DNA from: Octopus bimaculoides
Taxonomy: Eukaryota
Length of the DNA: 64,000 nt
Assembly: GCF_001194135.2 (NCBI RefSeq)
Contig: NC_068984.1
Span: 101,471,509-101,535,508, forward strand
Direction of reading: 5' to 3'
Shown here: piece after piece, positions 49,514 to 62,690 of the stretch
How the letters are laid out: the number at the start of each line of letters is the position of its first letter
Position numbering within the stretch: the stretch's first letter is position 1
Translations under genes and position numbers: made by a program
Notes under the pieces: generated by a model
Database searches by the model: none
Seen by the model: the letters and a program-made list of their open reading frames with translations, nothing else
What the model was told of the DNA's origin: nothing

Positions 49514-50858
49514 CTGAAGCGAAGAAATGGGATTATTTTCATAATAAGCACACACACACACACACATATAAAAAACATTTGGTTCATTTTTTAATTTATT
49601 TTTCTCAGCTTAAATAGGTGCTAAGCTATACATCTTGGGAAGGAAACTGAAGATTAAATCAACATCAGTACTTGACTGGTACTTATTTTATTAAACCTAA
49701 GAGAAAAAAGAAATCAAAGTTAACCCTGAGGTAAACCCTTAATTACACAGTGTAACAAAGTTTTAATTTTTTTTTTTGTCTTTGGTTAATAAGTGTTATT
49801 TTTTATTTGCTTCAATCTAGAAATCAAAGGAAATGACTATTATTCCCTTCAAACTTTGATTTTGTGACTTGGACATCAACAAAATGAAACTCACCTATTT
49901 TCCATTACATTTCAGATATATTCAGTGCTGAGTTGCTGAAGCAGAAATACCATTATGGCAAATATTCTGCTCAATATTACAGATTTGCTTGTCAACTGCT
50001 TGACCTTAACCAGTTGAGCATGTCTCTTAGTGCCTGACAATATGTGCATCTCTGATCATGGGGAGGAATAGTGGGGAGCATCATAGCTATGTGTTGAGAG
50101 GGATTCTTTGGGGTTTGAATAAATGTAACAAAAGCAAAGTTTGAAGGAAACGTTGGCCATTTTTCATACTTTCTAGGGGTAAGCAAATAGAAAATAACAG
50201 TTGCTACCCAAGGACAAAAATCATGTTACACAGTGTTATTTACCAGCTAATCAACAACTTCAATGAGTAGAAATTACCTTTTTTGTAAATATATTTCAAT
50301 AAAATGGAAACATAATGGTCTCAGAAGAAAATTCATCTTTCTGGAATAATTGCTGCTTTCTTTCTTCATCATTTTCAACTTACAAAAGTAAGGCTCATAG
50401 TAAATAAGCCAATGTTGTATTAAACTCAGCAGAAACATAACACACATGTATTAATTACTAAATTGAGTGCCACAAATTATCTTTCATGGCTTTCTACTGC
50501 ATAAACATAATAATTCTATTTATTCTCCAATATACTAATGGCCTATTATATATCCTGAATATTGTATTGATATAAAATAAAAATTCGAGGCCCTGTAAGG
50601 TGTTATTCAGGTACTCAACTATATGAGTCCACTGCATCTAATAGCAGAAACAGGTGTGAGCTAATGAAGTTCATAAGATAATCATTTATTCGTTCGTTGT
50701 CATTTTGTTATTACTGCTCTGTACTTGACTAATGCTTCGTTCTGAAGCATATGTATATTTAGTTCAATACCAGGTTACTAGTTTTGCAATGCCTAAGAGA
50801 AATATTAGAATAAAAATTAAGACCAATAAAGAAATTTGAAAATGTAGTAAAGACTTAC

Positions 50859-50961
50859 ACTATATTATGATGTGCAGAATAATCAACTTTAATTGCCTCA
50901 ATAAATGAACTGATTGGTATAATTGATGGGATGCTTCTGCACAGCAATCTTTGAACTTTAC
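50859..50961 (-). CDS. CFAP54: CFAP54 exon, 103 nt, phase 1 to 2 (KVQRLLC...FIEAIKVDYSAHHNI)
   Basis: TTGCAG| acceptor, GT|GTAAGT donor; GKVQR..EAI resembles GKIER..EAI. Confidence 0.9.
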
Positions 50962-50983
50962 CTGCAATATAAATATGTATATA

Positions 50984-51229
50984 TACTAGCAGCTAAGCCC
51001 GGTTTCACCCGGTCGGTTTGGATGATGTGGCTGTAAAACCTGCTCTGTGTAAGCATTCGACTTCTTTGGACATGCTTACGTTAAAAAACAATTTTAGAAT
51101 GATTTTTTTTTTCTGTCAAAATGCTAAAAATAACTGACCAACAAAAAAAAACCAGCCAAGATTCAACCAAATAAAAAATAAACCCAAATACTAAGCGAAC
51201 AAAGATGAACCATCCCACTTCCATTGCAT

Positions 51230-51269
<40 letters not shown>

Positions 51270-51503
51270 CACACATGCACACACATTCACATACCTCCCC
51301 TTTTACATACACACACACACATATATTCTCACAGAGTTGTCATTGCCAGCAAAAGTGGGGTGAGGTTGATATGTGTGGAGCAGGATTATTGGATAGGTGT
51401 CCAAACCTTTAACTTTATGTATCAGTGCATCACACCAAAACATGCACAAGACACAGGCACACATCTGCTTACTTACTTTCTACATTCCCACCTAGAGAGG
51501 CAG

Positions 51504-51543
<40 letters not shown>

Positions 51544-51600
51544 GTCAATGAGGCGGTGTAGTGAATACTGTATGTGGAATGTTCCTAATTCATTAGAATA
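50984..51600 (+). mobile_element. Possible non-autonomous Helitron-like element with internal (CA)n
   Basis: Begins TACTAGCAGCTAAGCCCGGTTTCACCCGG; 3' end not identified. Confidence 0.3.
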
Positions 51601-51602
51601 TA

Positions 51603-52891
51603 CTGGGGTTGGACAAAATAAAGGAATCACCTAACATCATAGCATCATAATTTTAAATTAGCTATAAAACCATCCAATGCCTGTTTATATTCATGTTTTT
51701 TGATTTATCATTAGCGTTGCTTAATATGTTTTTCTAAAATTGCTGTTTCTTTTCAGATATCATCACAAAAATGTAATTAAAATTCATTAGAGTGACAGAT
51801 CTATTGGTGCTAGTATGGCAGGCACTAGCGTAACGAAAACAGCTAAAATGTTTGGTGTATCAAGAAGTACTGTCTCAAAAGTAATGACAGCCTTTGAGAA
51901 AAAGAGAAAAACCTCCTTGTCGAAACAAAACTCTGGAAGGAAACCAAAACTTTTAGATAGGGACTGTCAGGCTCTTACGTGAATTGTTAGAAAGGATCAC
52001 AAAAGTACAGCTCCCAAAATAACTGCAGAGCTTAATGACCACCTCAAAAACCCAGTTTCCACAAAAAACTGTTCACCAGGAGCTGCACAAAGCCAGATTT
52101 CATGGGAGGGTTGCAATCAGAAAACCACTACTTTCAAAAACAAACATTGCAAAGCATTTAGAGTGGAGTAAAAAACTACAGAATTGGTCCCGAGCGCAGT
52201 GGAAGAATGTCATTTTCTTGGACGAGTCATCCTTTACCCTATTTCTGACAACCCACTGAGTGTATNNNNNNNNNNNNNNNNNNNNNNNNNNNNNNNNNNN
52301 NNNNNNNNNNNNNNNNNNNNNNNNNNNNNNNNNNNNNNNNNNNNNNNNNNNNNNNNNNNNNNNNNNNNNNNNNNNNNNNNNNNNNNNNNNNNNNNNNNNN
52401 NNNNNNNNNNNNNNNNNNNNNNNNNNNNNNNNNNNNNNNNNNNNNNNNNNNNNNNNNNNNNNNNNNNTATCTGATCAAATTCATCCTATGGTTACAGAAC
52501 TGTTTCTGGAGGGAAACGCAATCTTTCAGGATGATAATGCACCAATTCACACAACTAAAGTTGTTACTGAATGGCACAAGGAATATTTTAGTGAAGTTGA
52601 ACATCTTATCTGGCCACTACAGTCCCCAGATCTCAATATTATTGAACATTTATGATGCATTTTAGAAAAAACAAGTAAGGAGTCGATATCCTCCACCATC
52701 ATCACTACAAGAACTGGAGACTGTTTTAGCTGAAGAATGAACAAAAATTTCTTTAGAAATAATTCAAACTTTGTATGAGTCCATACCTTGTAGAATTCAA
52801 GCTATAATTACTGCCAAGGGCAGTCCTACCCCATATTAAAATAAATTTGTTTGAAATTTTAAGGTGTTTCCATTATTTTGTCCAACCTCCA
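51603..52891 (+). mobile_element. Tc1-family DNA transposon, near full length, inactivated, with internal N gap
   Basis: TIRs CTGGGGTTGGACAAAATAAAGGAATCACCT and AGGTGTTTCCATTATTTTGTCCAACCTCCA, TA flanks; transposase motifs GRKPKL, VIFLDESSF, FQDDNAPIH, WPLQSPDLNIIE; in-frame stops. Confidence 0.93.
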
Positions 52892-53452
52892 TATATTATA
52901 TATCTCTGTATATCAATATCTTTCCTTTTGTGTCAGTAAAGAAAAATTTCACTTCAGATGACCAAAGCTGGTTGCAGCTAAAGATGGTTGACACATGTGT
53001 TATCAGGCCAGTAGGAATAAAGCCTACGAACCAAGGCCTATCTTATGCCCCTAACCTGATAAGAAGGAAAGAAACACACACACACATACACACACATACA
53101 AAGGTACAACCATACTCATGTATATATCTGCACATATGCTCATGTGCATACACACACACATGCAGTAGTCTTTCATATTATCCAGGAGAAGTTAGCCTTT
53201 CATCTGCTTCCTATCATAAACCTGAAGATAAATAATTGTTCTAAATAACAACATGAGGATCTAAAGAATAATTTACAAAACATTACTTAGTTAAAAAATA
53301 CATCTATGGATTTACAATTTATATATTCCTTTTGGAAATTTAAAAGACATTCTACTGTATCAATATTATCTTTTTTTTCAATATGGCAGCAGTCAAATGA
53401 CTGAAACAAGTAAAAGGTAAAAAGTAAAAGATATAAATTCCTTATTACTCAC

Positions 53453-53586
53453 CAGTTTGCAGCAATATCTCCATACTAAGACTGGGTCGATAGGAATTAC
53501 TTGATCGATTTAACAACAAAGCTTCATTTAATAACTCAAGGGAATTGAAAATCTTGTTTCTTTGCTTAGATTCAACACTCGTTAAA
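53453..53586 (-). CDS. CFAP54: CFAP54 exon, 134 nt, phase 2 to 1 (LTSVESK...MEILLQT)
   Basis: TTTCTTTCAG| acceptor, G|GTGAGT donor; EILLQTG resembles human EILFQKG. Confidence 0.92.
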
Positions 53587-54234
53587 CTGAAAGAAATCCA
53601 AGGATTATTTTGAAATAAACTATTGTTATTTTCATACTAGCTGAAATGAAATGTTTGAGAGTATCTGGGATTGGACAACCAGATCATGGCTTGTGAGTTG
53701 AAATCACTACAAAAAATGTTATTATTTGTGAACAAAATAGTTATTCTATAAAGGCTCCCCTTATCAAGCTGCCAGTAATGCAACTATTGAAAGGCAGACA
53801 AAGATAAATTCAATGAGGATTTATTTTTCATCTACCATTTGTCATATTAATTAAAAAAGATAAACTCTTAAAAATATCTTATGCCTCAGGGATTTATATA
53901 CAGTTTAATAATTCTTATAAATCAAAAATTTTTAAATGAGCAAAACTATTAAGATGTAATGGCTTAACTGTTTTTATTCAAAATGTAAAACACAAAAGTA
54001 TTTTAATGCAAAACACTGAGTGAAAGAATATGTAAAGTATCCAAACATTTGAAATAATATCTTAAAATTATCTAAAATAGTGCTCCAACATGTGATTATA
54101 GGCTGAATTGAAATATAATGTATCTGTTGCAAACTAAAATAATCCATGAAACATATCTTGTGAAACATATCTAGAAATAGTGGCCAAATGTTCCTTATAC
54201 AGCACCCTACTATTTTGGGAAAAGAAAGAAAATA

Positions 54235-54410
54235 CTAGTTTCAAATTTTGGCACAAGGCCAGCAAGTTCTTGGGAGGAGGTAAGTCGATTACATCAATAC
54301 CCAGTGCTTGACTGGTACTTATTTTATCAACCCCAAAAGGATGAAAGGCAAAGTTGACCTCAGTGGAATTTTGTCTGGTGTGTTAATGATTCTACCAGCT
54401 CACCACCTTA
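54235..54410 (-). mobile_element. SINE family A copy
   Basis: TTTTGGCACAAGG..GTACTTATTTTATCAACCCC..GAAAGGCAAAGT. Confidence 0.75.
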
Positions 54411-54590
54411 AAAAAAAAGGAAATATTAGATAATGTAATGATTTTGCTTAAAGGAAAGGTCATGGTTGGAACAACTTGGTTCCAAAGTTTGCTCAAAATG
54501 TCAGGTTTGATCTGGGTCTAAACAAGAATCCAAAGATTGAATGAACTAATAAGGATAAATATATAACCAAATATTCAGCTGCAAACTTAC

Positions 54591-54727
54591 TCATTAACAT
54601 CAGTGTGTTGAGAATATTTGACAGACATAAGAGCAACACGAAGATCACTATCAGCTAATATATCTAAGAATGGTAAATATACGTTCTTCAGCTTTTTTGC
54701 TTGAAAATTTGGGCAAAGAGTTTGAAG
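54591..54727 (-). CDS. CFAP54: CFAP54 exon, 137 nt, phase 0 to 2 (LQTLCPNFQAKKLKNVYLPFL...)
   Basis: TTTCTTTTCAG| acceptor, GA|GTAAGT donor; LKNVYLP motif. Confidence 0.93.
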
Positions 54728-54868
54728 CTGAAAAGAAATGAAAACGAATATTTAGAATAAAAAAATGCACATAATTTAAAAACTACATGTTTGCATTCTT
54801 AGATTAACATTTTATTACTAAAAATTGGTAATTTTATTATGTGATTAACAAATGTTCTATTAGTTTAA

Positions 54869-55088
54869 CCCTTTAGCATTCAGGCTATTCTGTCAAATGT
54901 AATGCTTATATACTCACATTGTTTTTAATTAATCAAGTGTAATCTTGCAGTTTCAATATTTCAATGATGTGATTGTTTATTTTTAGAATGACATTGTAGG
55001 GGAGGTGTGAGAGGCCAGATCTGGCCAATTTGATCATAAAATAGGTAGAATATTTGGGCCAGATATGGCCATTTTAAATGCTGAAGGG
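54869..55088. mobile_element. piggyBac-type TTAA MITE
   Basis: TTAA|CCCTTTAGCATT ... AATGCTGAAGGG|TTCA; same family at 37189-37404 and 57513-57733. Confidence 0.75.
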
Positions 55089-55367
55089 TTCAAGAGTTCA
55101 GTTCAAGTCTTCCTATGTAGTTGGTAATAAAATACTTAGTGCATATTCTCTTTTACTCTTTTACTCTTTTATTTGTTTCAGTCATTTAACTGCGGCCATG
55201 CTGGAGCACCACCTTTAGTCGAGCAAATCGACCTCAGGACTTATTCTTTGTAAGCCTAGTACTTATTCTATCAGTCTGTTTTGCTGAACCGCTAAGTTAC
55301 GGGGATGTAAACACACCAGCATCGGTTGTCAAGCAATGTTGGTGGGGGGACAAACACAGACACACAA

Positions 55368-55409
<42 letters not shown>

Positions 55410-55559
55410 CTTCCTTTCTTTNNNNNNNNNNNNNNNNNNNNNNNNNNNNNNNNNNNNNNNNNNNNNNNNNNNNNNNNNNNNNNNNNNNNNNNNNNNNNNN
55501 NNNNNNNNNNNNNNNNNNNNNNNNNNNNNNCTTCAACTATTACTACCACCACAACTACT

Positions 55560-55562
55560 ATT

Positions 55563-55609
<47 letters not shown>

Positions 55610-55745
55610 TTAATTTGGTTTTAGTAAGGATTTCTGTATATAAAGAAAAAACAAAAATCACTACCACCACCACTCTCAGCTTCACTCACACCACCAATGT
55701 CATCATCATCATCATCATCACCATCATCATCGTCATCACATCATC
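55560..55745. repeat. (AAT)n and (CAT)n microsatellites
   Basis: Seen directly. Confidence 0.95.
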
Positions 55746-56054
55746 ATACATATATACGACAGGCTTCTTTCAGTTTCTGTCTACCAAATCCACTTACAAG
55801 GCTTTGGTCGGCCCGAGGCTATAGTAGAAGATACTAACCCAAGATGCCACACAGTGGGACTGAACCCGGAACCATGTGGCTGGTAAGCAAGCTACTTACC
55901 ACACAGCCACTCCTGTGCCTATTCTGGTCACAGAAGAAAAAAATTTCTTAGTCTACCAAGATTTCAATCATTCTGTGACCATTTTAATGATATAAAACAA
56001 TGGAAAACAGCATAAATAGCATTAGGAACAAAATTAACAGCAAAAATAACTTAC

Positions 56055-56234
56055 CTTATTTTCTACAAGTTCTTTCACTTTAACATAAACATTCAGGGCA
56101 TACTGAGCTGTAAAAACACTCAGTGGTTCATTTGTTTTTATTTGGAGGTCAATTTGTAGCATTAGCAATCTGACCATTGTTTGCAAACCGGTGCTGGACA
56201 ATTCAGAACATTGCTGTATGACACTGATACCTTT
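56055..56234 (-). CDS. CFAP54: CFAP54 exon, 180 nt, phase 0 to 0 (KGISVIQQ...ELVENK)
   Basis: TTTCTCAG| acceptor, AAG|GTAAGT donor. Confidence 0.9.
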
Positions 56235-57512
56235 CTGAGAAATAGACAAGATTTAAACAAACATCAGCTGACCCTTCAAAAAGACAATGCCAACATTTTA
56301 TAGAGACTCACACACACATGCCCATGTATCTATATACAACACGTTTACAGTTTCTGCCAACCAATTTTCACTTGCTAAAATGTACTGTACAAATGAGTGA
56401 AAAAAAGATGATAGTGAAATAAAATTTTTCCACCAGACAGCCATCACTGAGTTAACTAATATCTTGTGAGTGGAATATGGTAAGAAAAGCCTGAACAGAA
56501 ACCCACTCTGAATGAAACAAAATATCTTTTGCTAGATTCATTGCTTCAATAAAATATATAGACACAGAGCTTTAATACTTTGAGTTCTTTTCTCTGAATG
56601 GCCTTACCATGTTCCTCTGAACATGTTGCTCCCCACCCCCGGTTTTGTGTGTGTGTGTGTGTTATTTAGATTCTCTTTGCTTGAAGTTTCATTGGTGTAA
56701 ATCAAATATCTAACTCATTGGATACCTTGGGAAAAGAGTCCCATTGTGGAGACGTGTAGCCTGATGGTTAGGGTGATGAACTCATGATCATAAGATTGTG
56801 GTTTCAATTCCTCGACCAGGCGACACATTGTGTTCTTGAGCAAAACATTTCATTTCATGTTGCTCCAGTTCACTCAGCTGGAAAAAAAAAATGAGTAATC
56901 CTGCAATGGATTGGTGTCCCATCCAGGTGGAGAACATATATGCCATGGAAACCAGGAAACCAGCCCTTGTGAGATGGCATAACTCAAGAAGGTAGCAAGG
57001 TAGCTTTTTTTCAGAATGGAGTGTAATAGAAGAAAAAAATATAGCTTCAAAATGAGAATAGCTGGGAGGGGGGGGCAACAATGGTCAGTTCAGGTCATAG
57101 TTTTCTTGTTGTTCCATGTGGTAGAAGAGACAGCCTAGCACTACCAGTTGGTCTCCCACCTGTGGAGTTTAGCAGTTCAGCAACATTGGATGAGAATGTA
57201 TGCATATTGCCATAGTTCCAGGTTACCAGTCTAGTGGTGCCATGCTACTTGTTAGTTTATTATTAACATCAGATGAAAACGTGTACCCACTACACAGGTT
57301 GAGATAGTTATTTGATGTGTTAATTGGGGCAGTAATTGATGTACTTGTTGCTGGATGTTAGCAATGGCACACAGGGCTGGTGGTTGGTAGGAAAAAAATG
57401 TAGTTTCACTATGACCAAGCAGGCATTATATAGCATTACCTACTCTGTATTTGGACCAGCTAGAGTTAAGATTACTTTTCAAATATAATTCCAATGTTTT
57501 GAAGTTCATTAA

Positions 57513-57733
57513 CCCTTTAGCATTTATATTTTTGTGTCAAATGTAATGTTTATTTATTCACATTGTTTTGAATTAACCATGCATCATCTCAAAGCTTCAA
57601 GATTTCAATTATGTGACTGTTTTATTCTTAGAATGATATTGTAGGATAGCTGTGAGAGGCCAGATCTAGTCAGTTTCAGTTCAAAACAGGGAGACTATTT
57701 TGGCCAGATATGGTCAGTTTAAATGTTAATGGG
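57513..57733. mobile_element. piggyBac-type TTAA MITE
   Basis: TTAA|CCCTTTAGCATT ... AATGTTAATGGG|TTAA. Confidence 0.75.
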
Positions 57734-57824
57734 TTAACAGGGTGTGGGGTTTTTTTTTTCTGATAGTAACAATGTAAACAGATTGGTTTTTCTGCTGATG
57801 GATACAATAGGCTGTTGTAACATA

Positions 57825-58691
57825 TGTGGTCTGATTAATAAGTATCAGGATTGTTGCCATAGTAACAAAGCTAAAGTATGGAGAGTGAAGCCGCTTGGCA
57901 GAGATTGACCTTGAACTCTGCTGTGCATGCACACTAAGTTTCAACATTCTAGCTCACTTCTGCTGTTTACAGCAGTATTTGGAAGTAACGTGTGTAATGT
58001 GTGATCATTGCATTGACCATGATGGAGTAAGTTGAGCAGAGAATCTGCATCAAATTTTGCCAAAAGCTTGGTGATACCTGCTCAGAGGTCTACACAAAGT
58101 TTTCAAAGAGTTTTCATCATTCTTGATACAATCAAGAACGTGTGAAACTGAAACCTGAGTATCTTTTTGATCAGTTGAAAGCAGTTTTGACACAAACTTG
58201 GCAGACATGCATCTCATATCCAAATTTTCAATGATAATGGACTGAACTGAACTGTAACCAATCTGCATATCTTCTGATAACTCATGGATGGTGATTCGAC
58301 GATTTCCTCTCACAGTTGTACACATATCTGCAATGTTTATCTTAGTTCTACTGATTGCAGGTCTCCTAGAATGTTCACTATCGACATTTTTTCAGCCATC
58401 TTAGAAACATCTGAACCACTCATTACACTTGTGTGCAACTCATACACTACTCTCCATACTTTTTCTACAGCTTTGCGTAGGCCTCTGAGCAGGTCATTGC
58501 TCTGTCATGGTCAATGTGATGATCACACATTACACACGTTACTTCCAAGCATTGCTGTAAACAGGGAAGGTGAGCTAGAATGTTTAAAGTTAGTGTGCGT
58601 GCACAGCAGAGGTCAAGGTCAATCTGTACCAAGCAGCTTCACTCTGCATGCTTTAGCTTCGTTATTATGGCAACAGTTCAGATACTTATTG
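57825..58691. mobile_element. Mariner-derived foldback element made of two inward-facing 5' ends
   Basis: 57835-58100 is the reverse complement of 58470-58690; EQRICIKFCQKLG start on + and HTH region RGNRRITIHELSEDMQIGYSSVQSII..MSAKFV on -. Confidence 0.85.
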
Positions 58692-58779
58692 CTGCACATC
58701 CCCTTCAGTCCAGCAGAAATGACCCAACCAGCAATAGCACATGCTTCTTCAACACAACAATGTTTTTTTCCGATGTTAT

Positions 58780-58935
58780 TATTTTGACCAAAAAGGCTAT
58801 TCAAGTGTTTAGTTGGGATGTTCTACCATGCACACCATATTCAACAATGATGTGGAGCTGAAAATATGACCCAATAAATTCTTCATGTTAAGACCCAATG
58901 GTTTCTACAAGCTAATGGAATGTTGGCAAGTAGTC
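58780..58935 (+). mobile_element. Mariner transposase C-terminal fragment
   Basis: IQVFSWDVLPCTPYS resembles mariner WEVLPHPPYSPD. Confidence 0.6.
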
Positions 58936-59129
58936 ATAAGCTATTATTAACTGATTTGTTTATATATATATTATATATTATTAACTGATTTGTTAAAATT
59001 GTTGATGGAAGTAAGGATTAAAAATAAATGGAAGAAAATAAATTAATCTGACAACCCAATATATCTATTTTCCAATTCTTGCATTTACAGTGTCAAACAA
59101 CTGAAAGATGGGCAAGACTTAAAACTTAC

Positions 59130-59305
59130 CTGACATATATCATTACAGGTCTTGGTACAATGTGTCGTTTTAAACTGATCCAGTACTTCCATATATATAA
59201 AATCAGCTTCTTTTTCAAAATCATTACAAATTTTAGCTTCCTGTTGTCCTTCCTGACAATACTGCATAACAGATGCCAATTCTGGTAGCAAAGGTTCACC
59301 AAATT
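59130..59305 (-). CDS. CFAP54: CFAP54 exon, 176 nt, phase 1 to 0 (EFGEPLLPEL...CNDICQ)
   Basis: TATAG| acceptor, CAG|GTAAGT donor, phases fit both neighbours. Confidence 0.88.
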
Positions 59306-59344
59306 CTATAGGAGGTGTTAGAAATATAAACATTTAAAAATTTA

Positions 59345-59471
59345 CAGTAGTCCCCTGGTATTCACAGGGGTTATGTTCCTAGAGCACTCACAAATAGTGA
59401 AAAGCCGTGAATATTGGACGTGGTCCATAAAAATGCTTATAAATGTCAAAATGTAATGTAAAATGTATATG

Positions 59472-59524
<53 letters not shown>

Positions 59525-61355
59525 TAATAATACTTTAATAAAAAGTAAAGTAAAATGTACAGTTACTCATCAATAATAAATGATATTGATTTCAAGTGAT
59601 GATGATGAAAATAATGAAGGTAATGACAGCACAGCAAAGAAGATTTAAAGCTCTTCAGGTGAAGCCACTTTTTAAGGTGTTTTAAGGGATTGTTGTATCT
59701 TCATGCAAGGCTTTCTTGGTGGGCTTGAGGAACACTGTGATGGGAAGTTACTGTCGTTGTTTCTTCATGGTGGTGAGGAGAGTTTTATATGTCTGCATAG
59801 CAGCATTGATGGCATTTTTGAATTGGAGAGACCAAACCATATAGGGATCCCATGATTCTGCCTTCCCTTGCAATTCCTTTGCTGTCCTTCAAAGGTCAGA
59901 CAGACCTTTGACTGCCACCTCATCTGCCTCTTCCTCTGGATCTGGTGCTTTCTCCTCCTCTTCGCTGGCAGACGTTGTTAACTTCAACAAATCTTCGTCT
60001 GTCAGGGTTTCAGAGTGGGCAGTGATGAGATTGTTGACCTCATCTTGCGTGATGTCACCAAAACCTTCACCACCAAGTACCTTTGCCAGTTTCCCCACAT
60101 GACTGACAGCCTCATGCTGAATATTTTCAGGTGAAAGGTAACAAGCTGGCAGAAACATTAGCACACCAAGTGAAATGCTTAGTGATATTTCGTCTGTCTT
60201 TACGTTTTGAGTTCAAATTCCGCCAAGGTCAACTTTGCCTTTCATCCTTTCAGGGTCAATAAATTAAGTACCAGTTGCATACTGAGTTGATCTAATTGAC
60301 TGGCCCCTTTCCCCAAAATTTCCGGCCTTGTGCCTAGAGTAGAAAAGAATATTTTCAGGTGAGAAGCCCTCATAGTCCTGGACACGCACTGGCCACACCT
60401 TCTTCCAGCATGCGATGAGGGTTTCTTTTTTCATGTCTTTAAGAGCAGCGTGGATGACTTACAGGCAAATCGCAATCATGAAATTATGCCAGTACTCTTT
60501 TAACGTAAAATTCTCATCTGAATCCATTGCTTCCAGAAGGTGTTGGAGAGAGTTCTGAGTGTGAAGTGCCTTGAAGGCATGGATCATGCCTTGATCTATA
60601 GGCTGGATGAAGGAGGTGATGTTGGCAAGGAGGAACTCGAGTAGCACTCCCTCAAGATTCAAATCTAAAGAGTGACCACCAGCATTATCCATAACAAGCA
60701 ACACCTTGAATTCCATGCATACATTTTGGAGGTATTCCTTGGCTTGAGGGATGAAGCATTGGTGGAACCAATGCAAAGTTAGACTTTTGGTAATCCAGGC
60801 CTTGAGGTTATGCATCCAGTGGACAGGCAGCAGGTATTATTCTCATTTTTGAAGGTTTTCAGGTTCGCAGACTTGTAGATAAATCCTGGTTTCATCATGA
60901 AGCCAGCAGCATTGCCCACACATAAGTAGCATCACTTTGTCCTTCTGTGCCTTAAATCCTGGGTCTCTGGCTACATCCTTCATGATGTACGTTCTGGAAG
61001 GTATCTTCTCTCAGAATAAACCAGTCTCATCCATGTTGAAAACCTGTTCCAGCTTGTATTCTTTGTCCTCGATGGTCTGCCTGACGGTCTCAAGGTACTT
61101 CTTGGCTGCTTCTTTGTCAGCTGATGCTGTTTCTCCATGCAGGAAAACACACTTTATTTTAAACTGTTTCTAGAAATGGTCAAACTATCCCTTGCTGGTT
61201 TGAAAATCTTCAGGCTCCAGTGCTGTTAATAGTCTTGTTGCAGTTCTTCAGTGCCTTCTGCCCCGTCTCCTCTGTCAAACTGCTGGTATAATTTCCATGC
61301 TTTCTCTTTGATCTTTCATCGCTAGCCCAAGTAATACTGGTGTGATACACTGTAA

Positions 61356-61393
<38 letters not shown>

Positions 61394-62076
61394 TCTTTTA
61401 TTTGTTTCAGTCATTTGACTGAGGCCATGCTGGAGCACTGCTTTAGTCAAACAAATCAATCCCAGGACTTATTCTTTGTAAGCCTAGTAATTATTCCATC
61501 AGTCTCTTGTGTTGAACCACTAGATTATGGGGACGTAAACAATCAAGCGACATGATGTGCAGCTATTCTAACCAGAGGGAGCTACAACTGCAAAGGGTAT
61601 CCAGTAAGCCAGCAAATACAGTATATTGTTATAAATAATTCAGCCTTAAAAAGTGTGAAAAAATATATATTGCCACAAAAAAAGCCATAAAACTGTGGTG
61701 TTATGGGCTGTGATGAGCTATGTGGTGTTGGTGGAGAGGATTGCAAATGAGACAAGCAGAAGTGAAGACTGCAGGGGCCGGTGGAAGGGCCAGAGGAGCA
61801 TGCATGGACACGGAGCACGTGTAGACAGTTCGAGCAGAGATGGCGCGTGTTAAAGGTCATGTTTTGATCTGGAGTGATCGCTCATCCCGCGATGGTCGAC
61901 AGGTAAGGTCGCTGTATTCCTTTCTCCCTTTTGCTTCTTGTTCTGTTGTCTTTTTCCTCCATCACGCCACAAGAACATTGTGCACAATATTCACAATTCC
62001 ACAAATATGCGATGGTTTCTATGAATAATTATTAGTCCACGAATAACCGAGGCCACTAATAAGCAGGGGTAGACTG
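59345..62076 (-). mobile_element. pogo/Tigger-like transposon remnant carrying SINE insertions
   Basis: DDE_1-type motifs VFNMDETGLF, KVLLVMDNAGGH, QPIDQGMI; TA|CAGTAGTCCCCTG left end; imperfectly matching right end GCAGGGGTAGACTG|TA, so the right boundary is less certain. Confidence 0.85.
60135..60346 (+). mobile_element. SINE family A copy inserted in the Tigger-like ORF
   Basis: 16-bp TSD GAATATTTTCAGGTGA (60119-60134, 60347-60362). Confidence 0.87.
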
Positions 62077-62374
62077 TATTTACATAAATAACTGTGATAC
62101 AATTAATTTCACTCAAATAAGATAATATTTCCAAGAACTACAGGAATTTTTGTATTGTACAGTTGTTAACAAAGCAAACCCAAGATAGAATACTAATCAA
62201 CTACTTGGTAATAAATCCATCAGCACCACCACTACTAGTATCCACAAGTGACATCTACATAAAAACAATACCTATGTAGTGAGTATCAAAAAGCTAATTA
62301 AATACAGGTATACTTCAAATTAACATAATTTTGAGTTATGTCTTCTTTTGCCTTTATGTCTATTTTCAAGGCGT

Positions 62375-62690
62375 GTGGTTTGGAGGTTAGGGTATTTGGC
62401 TCATGATCATAAGATCATGAGTTCAATTCCTAGTGACACGTTGTGTCCTTCAGCAAGACACTTTATTTCACATTGCTCCAGTCCACTCAGCTGGCAAAAA
62501 TGAGTAGAACCTGTATTTCAAAGGGCCAGCCTTGTCACACTCTGTGTCATGTTGAATCTCCCAGAGAACTACGTTAAGGGGACACATGTCTGTGGAGTGC
62601 TCAGCCACTTGCACATTAATTTCACAAGCAGGCTGTTTCATTGATCAGATCAAGTGGAACCCTCTTCATCATAACTGACAGAGTTCCAGT
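62375..62690 (+). mobile_element. SINE family C-related copy; related copies near 20045, 20925, 47976-48297 (-), 56752-56995, 63040-63250 (-)
   Basis: GTGTCCTTCAGCAAGACACTTTATTTCACATTGCTCCAGTCCACTCAGCTG..GAACTACGTTAAGGG. Confidence 0.8.

Noticed and set aside
49917-50040. + strand exon-like frame IFSAELLKQKYHYGKYSAQYYRF...
   Set aside because: Lies in the repeat that recurs inverted at 36947-37085
50277-50440. 54-codon minus-strand frame ending at an AG|GTAATT donor
   Set aside because: No good acceptor and not needed between exons 50859 and 49513
34866-55613. Long ORFs containing X runs
   Set aside because: Open only because they cross N gaps; the 52035-52655 pieces are the Tc1 transposase already annotated
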